Shown piece after piece: positions 11,651-30,300 of a stretch of 64,000 bases of DNA. The notes below the pieces were generated by a model. It was not told where the DNA came from. It did no database searches and was given only the letters and a program-made list of their open reading frames with translations. A program made the position numbers and the translations under genes. Origin of the DNA: Macrostomum lignano (taxonomy: Eukaryota); the NCBI GenBank assembly GCA_002269645.1, contig NIVC01003567.1, forward strand, positions 1 through 64,000, in the 5' to 3' direction. Positions within the stretch are counted from its first letter, which is position 1. Every line of letters begins with the position of its first letter.

Positions 11651-14600
11651 ATAGGCCTATATGGAAAATAAGCCAACTGCCTAGTTTTCTTCAGCAGTGC
11701 CTCAAAAAAATACAATAAGCACAAAATTACAATTTGCTGATCGCACATAACAATTTCAAACAACCATCAGAGTGAAATACAAGAGTCCATATACTAAAAA
11801 AATTGTTTAACCTTTCTTTAAGTATGTTTACAAATCTTGATTTGCAACTAAATACGGCTGAAACTATCCCATTATCAAGTCTGAATTAACTAACATAATT
11901 TCCCCTAACGCTCCAAAATTAATTACAATGTTTCTATGACACAATTAAGAGCCTGCTTTTCAGTGTTTGTCATCATAATTGTTTGCTAGTCATGACAAGT
12001 TTTATAATTACTTTAAAAGTAAGTAGTCACTTGCCGATTAATATGACCTGGAGATGAGACCAATGGAATTGTTTTTGAAAAGCCGATTAGTTAGCTTGAT
12101 TCTCTTTAAACTGTTTACTTTAAGTAGTATTGAATTCAATACATCCAGATTGATCAAATTTCGATAAATAAAAGCTAATATAAAGTAGATAATGCGCAAA
12201 TATATCAGTAAATTTGTACTTAAGCTGTTAAAATTAATTTGGCAGAAATAAAGACAAATGAGGCAAGTATTACGTGTTTCTGTTCTTATACTTTTAAGTG
12301 CAATATTTAACTTGCTTTTCAAAGAAACTAAAGCATTAATCTAGTAATACCCTTGTGTCATCACCGTTAAAACATTTCTTGTAAATATATCCGAATTTTA
12401 AGTTGGTGTCGTTTCTATTTGTGTTAGCGCAAATTTTCCAATTTTCTATTTTAAAGTCTTATAGTTTCCTTTAGAGTCATTGTCATAATGAAAGAGATTA
12501 TTTTCCAATGAGTTGTTGATTGCACTGTGTAGGGTAGTGCATGTAAACAGGAAGTTGTGAGCTTGGCTTGTGTTGTTGCATTTGTGTCTAATCCTGATCC
12601 CTTATTGTTAAATTTCAGAAAAAAATTATTCAACGTAGTAAAGTGATCCGTTAAATTTAGAGCAAGTATAAGTTTTTTGCAATGCAAAATAACTTTATTG
12701 CACTTTGTCGCAATGGCACTTCTTTCCAAAAATTTTATGATCAACTTCAAAAACGTGATCGACTGGAAAGACGAAGAATTGTTAATATGATTATTGAAGG
12801 AGCCACCTGTTTGATCAACTCATCACGTTATGGTTTGTATAAATTTGTTTACAATATGCAATATATTTTATATTATTAATTTATATGACTAGGGGCCTAC
12901 GTCTACCACCAAATTCAAGACACTTATAGCCTATTTTTATCATGAAAAGGACATATTTAGGCCTACTTTGTCCTTTTATTTATTTATTTATTTCCTTATA
13001 TAACTTTTATTTTTAACTAGTTAATTTTTAATAACTTATAACCTGGACTAGGCCCTACCCTTAGGCCTAGGCTATTATTATTAGTAGTATTGTGGTTAGG
13101 CCTATTTGTATTATATTATAACCTGGGTCAGTTTGAGTGCCTAGTCCCAAGTACAATATAGGTTAGATGTTAATATAACATGTGTAATGATGCTCTATCT
13201 AGTACTTATATGGATATAAGCAAGCATGATGATGCTCTGCAATAATAGGTTACTCTGTTTAATATTGTGACATTCAGAGTTTGCGCTGCGGCTTGGGGTA
13301 TAATGACAATCTTAAGTGCTTATATAGTGGGTATACAATATAAGTAGAGATATAGTCTGGTACAAGCTATATGCTCTCTCAGCATTATGGTTATGACCCT
13401 TTGGCAAGAACTCCCTATAGCCTAACAAGCTTCCACTGTAGTAGTGCTTCAATACTGTACAAATTTTGAGCAATAAAGGTATGTTTTCTTAGAAACCAAA
13501 CTCATACAAAATACTAGATAAATATTTTGTTTTAATGCATCAAATGTATTTGTTTTACCATACCAAATATTTTGTTTTACTATGCAAAATAAATTAGGGA
13601 ATTATTTTTTTGTTTTAATCATATGGGGGGAACCACTATATATAGGAGTGATTTTGTAGCAAATAAATCAACTGTCTGATACTTGTAAGCAAATATTGTG
13701 AGCAAAATAGCAGTTCAATCTATATATTTCAAAGTCTTTCGAGTTAAATAGCAACTTATTCATTTGCAAAACCTGAGAAACAATTCTAAGAAATTTGCTA
13801 AGAGAAGGAATTAGGACTAATTCTTAGAGATATATTAAGAGAGGCGCCGTGACCCTCTAGTCTCAGTAAACGCCCAATTAGGACTATCTACTAATTCATG
13901 TACCAGTACTAGACCACTCAGGCCATAAGCTACCAGAACATTACCAGAATGCTACTAGAAACACTACCAGAAATGCTACTAAGAACGCTACCCAGAAATA
14001 TTCAAATGAAATTCTAAGAAACAGTTAGAAACATTAAGGCAAGATTTAGTGTCAGCAATAGAAATTTAAGAGAGGAAATTAAAAACCTGTCACAGCTGGT
14101 GGCAATTAATGGGATATTCGGAGGATAGAAGTAAGCCCTACGACACCCTTAGGAAAATATTTTAGAACGTATGAATAGTTTTTTTTTAGATTTGCCAAGA
14201 TTTAAAGTGCATTTAAGTTTTGTAACTTTTGCATAAAATAAAGAGGCCTAGTATGGCCTACTACATAATGTAAGTTACATTAAATGTAACAACAGAATAT
14301 ACTAGGCATAGTATATACTTTATATAATCACATAGAAGAGTTTATTAAGTGGAAAAATATTAATAAGTTCATTTTTTTAGGTTGAATAATATTATGACTA
14401 AACTTTTGTCTAAGATCCTAGGATTGCAGAATTATGGAATTAGGATTAGGAATCAATTATTAAGTATATATCAAGGTCCATAGTCAGGAAGAAGGCATGT
14501 ATGCTAGAAATTTCTAGGGTAGAATCAATAAATTTGGCATATATGTTGGCATACAAAAAGTGATTCTGGTCTTTTGGTATACACACTTAATATTTTAATG

Positions 14601-15181
14601 TTTGATATGTATCTAAAGTTTAAAAAAATTACATTATCAATAACACTTACAATAGTTGTCTATGAATTAAAATTTTAACAAAGATGTACAAATTATTTTT
14701 TGTTTGTTATATATATTCAAAATGGAAATACAAATATAATAGTTATTTTTAGTCTTTTATTTTATCTAATTGATATTAAATATCAAAATTGCTAGTCTAA
14801 TAGTAACATTTCAAAATTGATAATTTGAAGCTTTGCATATTTGGTATACATTGGCATATACCAAAAAATGTTTTTTTTGTTTCTGGGATATATAAAGAAT
14901 GTTCCAAACTATGGCTCATGGTTAGAAAAGGATAATATTTTTGCAATTGGATTAAATTAAATTAACTGTTATTAACAACTATTATTTAGTAGTATTTATT
15001 GTATGAATGGCAAAACCAAATTTAGAAGTAGAATTGTAAGTTAAAAAATAATAAAGTGTCAAGAATACAAACTTCCTATGTGCAAAAGCTTTTTATCGCT
15101 CCAAATATGGCTATGGGAAGTTATCGATCAGAGGTTTTTAAGCACAAATCAATGATTGTTACCTTTTTAGTAGTGACTTGA

Positions 15182-20171
<4,990 letters not shown>

Positions 20172-20954
20172 AAGCGATTTTTTTAGAGATTTTGCTCCAT
20201 ATTTCTCTTCCCTCTTTTAATAAATTGACTGCCACGTGATTTGGTTGCGTCATAAACAGTAATCATCAGTTTAGAGCATGCTCATATGTCATACACTCGG
20301 TCAATTGGGGTCATGCTAAATTAAATGAGTCATGGCGTGTTATTTAGGGTCATGAAAATTCATAAATGTCAGTTAGGGTCGAACTTAACTGACTGCTAGA
20401 TTCGAATAGGTCATTTAAGGTCGTGCTAGACTCCTCAGTCGTTCCTCAGTCAAGGTCACACTGGACTGAAACGAGGCATACAATGTCATTTAAGGTCACG
20501 CTGCAGTTACCAGTCTGTGTTTGCAGACAAAATGAGTGATTTTATATGAGAATATTACAATAAGATTCCAAGACTAGTTTGCTTGGTTTGCCTTTCCAAT
20601 CCATAATTGATAACTTTGCTAATACAAACCATATTTTCCTTGCTTAATTTATGCCTGAAGACCCAATATTTCTAGGTTCATGTAGATTCACTGGATTTGT
20701 TTAACTTTTTAATAAGATTTGTAATTTTGTGTCTACTTTTTTGTCTTGTCAATGCTTCGTGTGAATATCAGTTCTGCTTGCTCAGTGCTATCTCTGTGTT
20801 TCAATCACTTCGAGTTTTAATTAAATTGCTCCAAATTTGAAGGATTTTTTAGTTCTCTTAAATATGCCAGTTCTTTATATGGATATCATCACTAACTGCT
20901 TTAATTGTGTTTTAGTTCGAGCTTTAGGGGTTTGAACCCTGTTCATGCCCTCCC

Positions 20955-22205
20955 TGTAGTGAACTGTTTACCCTCCTCAGAAAGCTGCTACCCTCCTCAG
21001 AGAGCTGCTACCCTCCTCAGAAAGCTGCTACCCTCCTCAGAGAGCTGCTACCCTCCTCAGAGAGCTGCTACCCTCCTCAGAAAGCTGCTACCCTCCTCAG
21101 AAAGCTGTTTGCCCTCCTCAGAGAGCTGCTACCCTCCTCAGAGAGCTGCTACCCTCCTCAGAAAGCTGCTACCCTCCTCAGAAAGCTGTTTGCCCTCCTC
21201 AGAGAGCTGCTACCCTCCTCAGAGAGCTGCTACCCTCCTCAGAAAGCTGCTACCCTCCTCAGAAAGCTGTTACCCTCCTCAGAGAGCTGCTACCCTCCTC
21301 AGAAAGCTGCTACCCTCCTCAGAAAGCTGTTACCCTCCTCAGAAAGCTGCTACCCTCCTCAGAAAGCTGCTACCCTCCTCAGAAAGCTGCTACCCTCCTC
21401 AGAAAGCTGCTACCCTCCTCAGAAAGCTGCTACCCTCCTCAGAAAGCTGCTACCCTCCTCAGAAAGCTGCTACCCTCCTCAGAAAGCTGCTACCCTCCTC
21501 AGAAAGCTGCTACCCTCCTCAGAAAGCTGCTACCCTCCTCAGAAAGCTGCTACCCTCCTCAGAAAGCTGCTACCCTCCTCAGAAAGCTGCTACCCTCCTC
21601 AGAAAGTTTCTACCCTCCTCAGAGAGCTGCTACCCTCCTCAGAAAGCTGCTACCCTCCTCAGAAAGTCTCTACCCTCCTCAGAGAGCTGCTACTCTCCTC
21701 AGAAAGCTGTTTGCCCTCCTCAGAGAGCTGTTACCCTCCTCAGAAAGCTGCTACCCTCCTCAGAAAGCTGCTACCCTCCTCAAAAAGCTGCTACCCTCCT
21801 CAGAGAGCTGTTACCCTCCTCAGAAAGCTGCTACCCTCCTCAGAGAGCTGTTACCCTCCTCAGAAAGCTGCTACCCTCCTCAGAAAGCTGTTACCCTCCT
21901 CAGAGAGCTGTTACCCTCCTCAGAAAGCTGCTACCCTCCTCAGAGAGCTGTTACCCTCCTCAGAAAGCTGCTACCCTCCTCAGAGAGCTGCTACCCTCCT
22001 CAGAGAGCTGCTTGCCCTCCTCAGAGAGCTGCTACCCTTCTCAGAAAGCTGTTACCCTCCTCAGAAAGCTGTTTGCCCTCCTCAGAAAGCTGTTTGCCCT
22101 CCTCAGAAAGCTGTTTGCCCTCCTCAGAAAGCTGTTTGCCCTCGTCAGAAAGCTGTTTGCCCTCCTCAGAAAGCTGTTTGCCCTCCTCAGAGAGCTGCTA
22201 CCCTC
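20955..22205. repeat. Minisatellite, 20 bp x ~60, downstream of fem1
   Basis: Unit CCCTCCTCAGA(A/G)AGCTGCTA. Confidence 0.95.
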
Positions 22206-22899
22206 AGAGTTTCCAAACTATTAGTTTGTTATAGTTTTTTCCTAAAACCCACTCTGCCCTGTCCCTATATTCACTTGATTTGATGCCAATGTTAAAAATC
22301 TATTTTGTTTCCTAATGTACATGATTCGTTTTTGCTGTTAAATGCTGGTTCGTGATGCTCCATCGTATCCCAGCTTCCCGCAATTGTACAATTTTTTACC
22401 CCAAAAATTGGTCATTTTTTCCTTCCGATAAAAATCGCTGTTTTACTCACTTTCCCCGTTTCAGTCAGTAGTATTAGTGGCGCGCGTGAATTATTTCTCT
22501 CCAAATTTGGTTATATTAAACCCCACCCTCTTCCGCGCAAAAATTACAAGATTTCATTCATTCAAGTTGTTCTCAAAAGTTCTGCTGCTACTATAAGATT
22601 TTTCCTATTTTTTTTCTTTTACACATTCTATTACTGAGCTAGTAGTAACTGTAGATTATTGCTTGGCACCTACCTAATTACTGTGAATAGTTGGTTGCGA
22701 ACTAAAGATTATCTGCACCAGCTGTTGATTGCTTATCTATATATATTAATATAATAATCAGTGATGGATCTGGCTTAACTACCCCTGTCATTCATGCATG
22801 AGCTCATGCTAATGCCCAAACTGTCTGCTTCAGTACAATCTCCATGCAGCTTCTTTGTTATTTTTTATATTCAAATGATAATTCAAGCACTAATTACCT

Positions 22900-23650
22900 T
22901 GAGGGTGAGATTTTGAAATTAGTCAGGATTGAGGGGTGAGATTTTGAAATTCGTCTGTTGTGAGGGGTGAGATTTTGGAGTTCGTCAGTTGTGACGTGTG
23001 AGATTTTGGAGTTCGTCAGTTTTGAGGGAAGAGATTTTGGAATTAGTCAGTTGTGAGGGGTGAGATTTTGGAATTAGTCAGTTGTGAGGGGTGAGATTTT
23101 GGAATTAGTCGGTTGTGAGGGGTGAGATTTTGGAATTAGTCAGTTGTGAGGGGTGAGATTTTTTAATTAATCGGTTGTGAGGGGTGAGATTTTTGAATTA
23201 GTCAGTTGTGAGGGGTGAGATTTTGGAATTAGTCGGTTGTGAGGGGTGAGATTTTGGAATTAGTCAGTTGTGAGGGGTGAGATTTTTGAATTAATCGGTT
23301 GTGAGGGGTGAGATTTTTGAATTAATCGGTTGTGAGGGGTGAGAGTTTGGAATTATCGGTTGTGAGGGGTGAGATTTTGGAATTAGTCAGTTGTGAGGGG
23401 TGAGATTTTGGAGTTCGTCAGTTGTGACGTGTGAGATTTTGGAGTTCGTCAGTTGTGACGTGTGAGATTTTGGAGTTCGTCAGTTTTGAGGTGTGAGATT
23501 TTTGAATTAATCGGTTGTGAGGGGTGAGAGTTTGGAATTAATTGGTTGTGAGGGGTGAGATTTTGGAATTATCGGTTGTGAGGGGTGAGAGTTTGGAATT
23601 AATTGGTTGTGAGGGGTGAGATTTTGGAATTATCGGTTGTGAGGGGTGTG
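22900..23650. repeat. Minisatellite, 31 bp x ~24
   Basis: Unit GAGGGGTGAGATTTTGGAATTAGTCAGTTGT. Confidence 0.95.
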
Positions 23651-23665
23651 ATATTGAGCTGTTTA

Positions 23666-26600
23666 CCAGGGACAACTAAAACCCTCGGGACGCGAAGCGA
23701 GCCAATTCATGGCAAAAAATCTGAGGGGCTCACTTAAAAGTATTGTTCTATGGCTTTTTCAAGTCTTCTCTGCTATCAGGCATTAACGGTTAGATTAAAT
23801 AGTAAAGCGAGGCAATGTCGAGTATTTAATTTAAAGAATAGGAACCAGTGATATAATTACAATGTATTTACAATAAAGTAACCGCCATATCAACAAAAAA
23901 CCCAACGGCAAGAAGATAAAGGATGAAAGCGAAGATGAAACTCCAACGGCAAGAAGATAAAGGATGAAAGCGAAGATGAAACTCCAACGGCAAGAAAATA
24001 GAAGCAAATACGGAACTCCAAGGACAAGACGACACAAACAGTCAGTAGCTCGTACATGAAGGAAACGCTGGAACTTCACCTACTGAGCATCTAACTTCCG
24101 AAGCTTTCTATCATGGGATGTCGTCGGTATTGGTGGGAGTTTTGACGAGCGTCTTACTAGTCCTTTGAAAAAAACGTTGGCTAGCCGACGGGACACACTG
24201 TCCATGCTGAACTGTGTCTTAGTTGGAAAGTAAAAGTCCTTAATAACATAAAACAGCTTCTGCACGCGAGTTGCGCACGTAGGAGAGTACAGAATAAAAC
24301 TGCTGTAGCAGAGACAGGATAAGTCTAACAGCCATTGTGGAGGATGACAAAGCTTTCCGCGAGATAACTCTTCAGTGAATTCGCTGGCTGGAATGCTCGT
24401 CTCTGATATCAAATCTGTTCCTTTGATGCCTGCCTTCTTTAGTCGCTGTATAACCTGTCAATTTCCAATTAAGCACGGTTTGAATTGTTTTTATGAGATT
24501 GTGTAAAACCTCGTTGTGAATTAAATTTTAATTAATATCCAGCTTACCTGCGATATAGTGTAGAGCGAAGCCATCTCCGAAATGGAAAGCTCCTCTGATT
24601 TAGCAGCACAATTATCAATGGTCGCCAGTTCAATTTCATTCAGCTGTTCATTGCAACATTTGCTCCGATCGTGCTTGTAGTCTGCTAATTCAAGGGATGC
24701 CAATAATTTCATTCGTCGGAGTCGAGCACTGAGCAGCACTTGCTCCACAGATACATAGTAGTTGCCGCCGCTCATTTGGCGATATACGCCAGCCAGCCAG
24801 CAGAACGTAGCTGATTCGTGGGTCGGACAAAAGAACCTCACACATATCACAGGCTCCGCGCAGTGAGTTTACTAGCGCTGACTTGGTCTCGGGCGTCAAT
24901 GAATGATGGCGAGCTCGGCCTTTTCCACAATGTGTCGAATCAAACGAATCCGCGAGCGCGCTAAGAAATTGTATGCTTTCATCTTGAACGGAATAGACTG
25001 GTCGCCTGTCCGGATCCCGTAGTCGTGCGTGTAGATCAGGATTTTTACAATTGACAATTTTCCAGAATCTCACTATGGTTTTGATAAATTCCGCAGTGTC
25101 TGAGTATCCATCACACTTCAATGCAGCGGCAACCCTTTCATCGAGAACTTGGAGAGCGAGACTGACTTTAGTTTTCTGAGTGCTTGTGGGATAACAGGCC
25201 TCATGAGTTAGACATGTGCGCTTGACTACGTGGTCTTTCTCCATTTGGTACAGGCGTACCACGTCTGACCATTTAGCGGATATCTGTCTGTCAGCGCCAG
25301 GAGGTTGAATGCTTAGAATTCCATTCGCTTCCATTTGCCAATTGTTGCGAATGCATTTGATAATGTGAACGAAATCGAACAGCATGAAGAATTCCGACTC
25401 CTGTGCAGCATCCGTTCCAATCCATGGCTTCTCTCTTCCATCGCTAAATAAAGCAAAACACTTGCGGTTGGTCGGGTGATTGTCGCTGACGAGAGCAACG
25501 ACACGGCCACCGTTGTTGTTAATTGCTTTAATACATTGGCTGACGCATTTTCGCAGAAACTCCGCAGACAAAATGTATGTCGGCAATAGTCGGACTACAA
25601 ACGGTTTTCCACCAAGTAATGGCTTTACCATTATGGCCAAAATTTTCCTCCTGGGCTCGACCCAGGTGACGGCATCGATATCGAACGGACGGTTGTATGT
25701 ACATTTCGTCAAACATAATTACGCAGTTTCGCTGAGCTCCTGATAGACTAGCAAAAACTGACTGGATCACATCGGCTGCGTCGGTTTCTGTGCCAACTTC
25801 TCCTGTACCTGCTAGTTGCAGCTGCAGCGTTCGGGGATGAGGCAATGGCAATAGCTTCCGTAGGTAAGAGTAAGCCGAACTACTGATCAAGTAGAGCAAT
25901 GCTGACTGTCGCACTAGTGAAATGTCATAGCGGCGATTGTTCCGATTTACTAATGTAAGGCTAAGTTGTCGAATCAAAAACTGAAGCGACGGATCCAAAT
26001 CAGAGCCAGAATCTATATCATCACTGATTCTACTAACAAACGCTTCGACTTCACGTTGGGGATTGGCGTCGGAATTTTTGCACCGCACGACAACAGCATC
26101 CAGTTGCGACCAGCGCTTGAGTGTCGGTTGAAATCCCAACAAGTCTCGAACCGAAATCGGTGTATGCAGTTTGAATGCACGAATCAGAAAGTTAGGTGAG
26201 ACAAAAATTCGAACAGACAGGTCTCCATCTTTATCTAACGTAAACAAGTAAACGTCTTCGTTCAGAATAGCTGTATTCAGTGCATGTCGAGATACGACAT
26301 CCGAATTTTTCACCTCAGCTCGAAAACTTTCCCATGCCGGCAAAAAATCAAGCAGCTGAAAAGCGTCTATCTCATCGATGTCGCCGCTACTCGCGTCAGA
26401 AAGAACACCGCGCTTTTCGGCCTGTCGGTCCTGGTCTAAAATAAGAGTAAAAATAAAAGTAAGATAATTGTGAGCGGCAAAATCGATATAGACGCTAAGT
26501 GTTGAGCAATCTTTAAGTTACGTACCTTGGTTCTGAACAAAACACGAGCTAGGAACTCCATTAAAAACAGAAGGAGGATTAATTGGCCTTTCGGTAGAGT

Positions 26601-27106
26601 TTTTCTTGACCATTGGAGCATCGCTTGGCCAATGCTTTACGCACACGCCCATATTGTCAGTCACTCTCTAAAATAATAAATTTTGGGTTTCAAGTTGTTT
26701 GGACGAGACTGGCATGCAGAATTGAAGCGGAATTATGCAGCAGTAATGACAGCAAATGATCTGGTTTCTTACCTGGAGAATATTTGGCAGCGCCTTTCTC
26801 CATCGCTCTCGCTCCTGTGGATCTCTGGGAAACGCAAATGTCCGTGTTCGAACGGCTTCAGAGTTGTAATTTGACGAGCACGGAAATACGCTGCACTTTC
26901 TTGGCATTTCATCAAGTGAATAAAAAATGCTTCTCTTGATATAGTTCAGCTTAGCTTCACTGCTGGCCGCAGCTAAAGCAATTTTAATTTGCCTGATAGC
27001 AGAGAAGACTTGAAAAAGCCATGGAACAATACTTTTAAGCGAGCCCCTCAGATTTTTTGCCATGAATTGGCTCGTTTCGCGTCCCGAGGGTTTTAGTTGT
27101 CCCTGG
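23666..27106 (-). mobile_element. P-superfamily (THAP9/Galileo-like) DNA transposon, ~3.44 kb, defective
   Basis: ~117-bp TIRs starting (C)CAGGGACAACTAAAACCCTCGGGACGCG with ~3 mismatches. Flanking direct repeat (G)CTGTTTA(C) on both sides. Internal THAP plus P-type transposase. Confidence 0.92.
24080..26907 (-). pseudogene. Spliced THAP-domain P-type transposase with frameshifting deletions
   Basis: Exons 26907-26773 (MPRKCSVFPCSSNY..FPRD..RW), 26667-26526 (CVKHW..PPSVF), 26435-24548 (FDEMYIQPSVRY, SDNHPTN, FDFVHIIKCIRNN, GVYRQMSGGNY) and ~24454-24080. Frame breaks near 25670 and 24795. Confidence 0.85.
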
Positions 27107-27344
27107 CTGTTTACATAGAAATGAAAAGTCGAATCGTTTTAAAAGATCTATTTTGTGCAGAAGAATTTTGTAAAATATTCCTTTGTATTCTCATATGTGA
27201 TTTATTTTAGGATAAATATTTTATCGAATAACATCAGAGCAGTTGTTGTGTTGCTATAAGCATCTCAGTAGTCTTTTCTCTATAGCCGTGATGGCCTTGT
27301 GGGAATCGCGGTTATGATACTCGGCTTGATTTCTGAGCTGCTCA

Positions 27345-30300
27345 TCACTGGGTGCTTGGAGCCGCCGGTGACGGAGCCACTTTGCCCAATTTGCCTGACT
27401 TTGGAGATCTCAGAATTATGGCAGCTCCCAGCACCAGCAACAGCTGAAAATGGCAGGCGAAAACTCGATCATTTTGTTCGAAATTTGATCCTTGGGTAGA
27501 GGGTCAGAGGCTCTCTACATTGGGGTAAGAGGGTTAGAGGCTGTGTACATTGGGGTAGAGGGTCAGAGGCTGTGTAAATTGGGGTAAGAGGGTTAGAGGC
27601 TGTGTACATTGGGGTAAGAGGGTTAGAGGCTGTGTACATTGGGGTAAGAGGGTTAGAGGCTGTGTACATTGGGGTAGAGGGTCAGAGGCTGTGTAAATTG
27701 GGGTAAGAGGGTTAGAGGCTGTGTACATTGGGGTAAGAGGGTTAGAGGCTGTGTACATTGGGGTAGAGGGTCAGAGGCTGTGTACAGTGGAATAAAGGGT
27801 CAGAGGTTGTACATTGGCGCAGGGGGTCAGACACAATGTCTATGGATATATGTGTACTCAACTATAATAAAATGATAAAATGTCACCTCCGTGAGCAGAA
27901 TGCACACAATGCCGATGACAAAAGCCTTGAAGTTCAGCATTGATTCCAGCTTAGTGATTAATTTGTCATGGCAACCAGTCTGATACCAGCTGGTCACGGA
28001 GTTGGTGTTATTATAACTGCAATAGTTGTCAATCTGCTCCATGCTGGTCAGGTTGAACTTGCAGCAGGTGATCGGGTAGGTTATGTCTGCGGGTGATGGA
28101 AATTCAGGCAGAATCGAGTGGCAGATTCAAGAGCGACAGATTCAGACGTGGCAGATTCAGAAGTGGCAGATTCAATGAGTGGCAGATTCAATGAGTGGCA
28201 GATTCAATGAGTGGCAGATTCAATGAGTGGCAGATTCAATGAGTGGCAGATTCAATGAGTGGCAGATTCAATGAGTGGCAGATTCAAGAGCGACAGATTC
28301 ATATTCATAAGTGGCAGATTCAGGAGCGACAGATTCATATTCATAAGTGGCAGATTCAGGAGTGGCAGATTCGGGAGTGGCAGATTCAGGAGTGGCAGAT
28401 TCAGGAGTGGCAGATTCAATGAGTGGCAGAATCAGGAGTGGCAGATTCAGGAGTGGCAGATTCATGAGCGACAGATTCAGAAGTGGCAGATTCAGAAGTG
28501 GCAGATACAGAAGTGGCAGATTCACGAGCGGCAGATTCCGATCTCACTGTAGGTGAAGTTCCCCGAGCTGGTCTTCAGCGTGTACTCTCTGTTCCAGTTG
28601 GAACTCAGCGAGTAGAAGTCGGTCCCGTTGGTGACCCCGCAGCAGCCGACAAAGATCTGCATCAGGTTTATGAGCAGCGACTCCAGATTTGAGCAGTCGA
28701 TGCCGGTGAATTTGGTCAGAGTGTACTCCATTCCGGCCTTTGCCCACTGCCTCACCTGCGGGTGCGTAGGGCGTGAGGCTGTAAATGGTGTCTCTGTGAA
28801 GGTGTACATGGTGTCTATGAGGGTGTACAGGGTGTCTCTGTGAGGGTGTACATGGTGTCTATGAGGGTGTACAGGGTGTCTCTGTGAGGGTGTACACGGT
28901 GTCTCTGTGAGGGTGTACAGGGTGTCTCTGTGAGGGTGTACATGGTGTCTCTGTGAGGGTGTACATGGTGTCTCTGTGAGGGTGTACAGGGTGTCTCTGT
29001 GAGGGTGTACAGGGTGTCTCTGTGAGGGTGTACATGGTGTCTCTGTGAGGGTGTACATGGTGTCTCTGTGAGGGTGTACAGGGTGTCTCTGTGAGGGTGT
29101 ACAGGGTGTCTCTGTGAGGGTGTACATGGTGTCTCTGTGAGGGTGTACAGGGTGTCTCTGTGAGGGTGTACATGGTGTCTATGAGGGTGTACAGGGTGTC
29201 TCTGTGAGGGTGTACATGGTGTCTCTGTGAGGGTGTACATGGTGTCTCTGTGAGGGTGTACAGGGTGTCTCTGTGAGGGTGTACATGGTGTCTCTGTGAG
29301 GGTGTACAGGGTGTCTCTGTGAGGGTGTACAGGGTGTCTCTGAGGGTGCAGAGGGTGTCTCTGAGGTTACTTGGTGTAAGCGAAAGCTTTGAGGTGGGCA
29401 TGCTCGTGTTGCAAAATAGTTTAATTATTACGGAAAAAGTCTGAGTAGTTGTTACCTGAGCACCATTTGTAAATGAATACAGCAGAGCCACGTTTTGAAC
29501 GGTGAATATGAGGACCACCAGGACAATGTACTGCGATTGCAAGTGCGTTGGTTCGACACTAAATATAGAATCTAACTACTTTAAATCAAGGGATTCACAC
29601 AGGTCAACAAGGATCAACAGAGGTTAACCGGTATCGATACAGGTCAACAGGGATCAACAGAGGTCAACGGGGATCAACAGAGATCAACGGGGATCAAAAC
29701 AGGTGTCGACGGGGATCAAAACAGGTGTCAACGGGGATCAACAGAGGTCAACAGGGATCAACAGAGGTCAACGGGGGTCACCAGAGGTCAATAGGGATCA
29801 GCAGAGGTCAACCGGTATCGATACAGGTCAACAGGGATCAACAGAGATCAACGGGGATCAACAGAGATCAACGGGGATCAACAGAGGTCAACGGGGATCA
29901 ACAGAGATCAACGGGGATCAACAGAGGACAATAGGGATCCACAGAGGTCAACCGGTATCGATACAGGTCAACAGGGATCAACAGAGATCAACGGGGATCA
30001 ACAGAGATCAACGGGGATCAACAGAGGTCAACGGGGATCAACAGAGATCAACGGGGATCAACAGAGGACAATAGGGATCCACAGAGGTCAACCGGTATCG
30101 ATACAGGCAACAGGGATCAACAGAGGTCAACGGGGATCAACAGAGGTCAACAGGGATCAACAGAGGTCAACGGGGATCAACAGAGGTCAACAGGGATCAA
30201 CAGAGATCAACAGAGGTCAACAGGGATCAACAGAGGTCAACCGGTATCGATACAGGTCAACAGGGATCAACAGAGGTCAACGGGGGTCACCAGAGGTCGC

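Noticed and set aside
12038-12879. AT-rich ORFs as viral or transposon genes
   Set aside because: No conserved motifs recognised; likely chance ORFs in eroded sequence.
20905-22283. 439-aa and 190-aa ORFs as proteins
   Set aside because: Translations of a stop-free 20-bp minisatellite.
28756-29455. Retained tetraspanin intron encoding a mucin-like EC2 insert
   Set aside because: Intron length 700 is not a multiple of 3 and the exon-3 frame stops at 28859.
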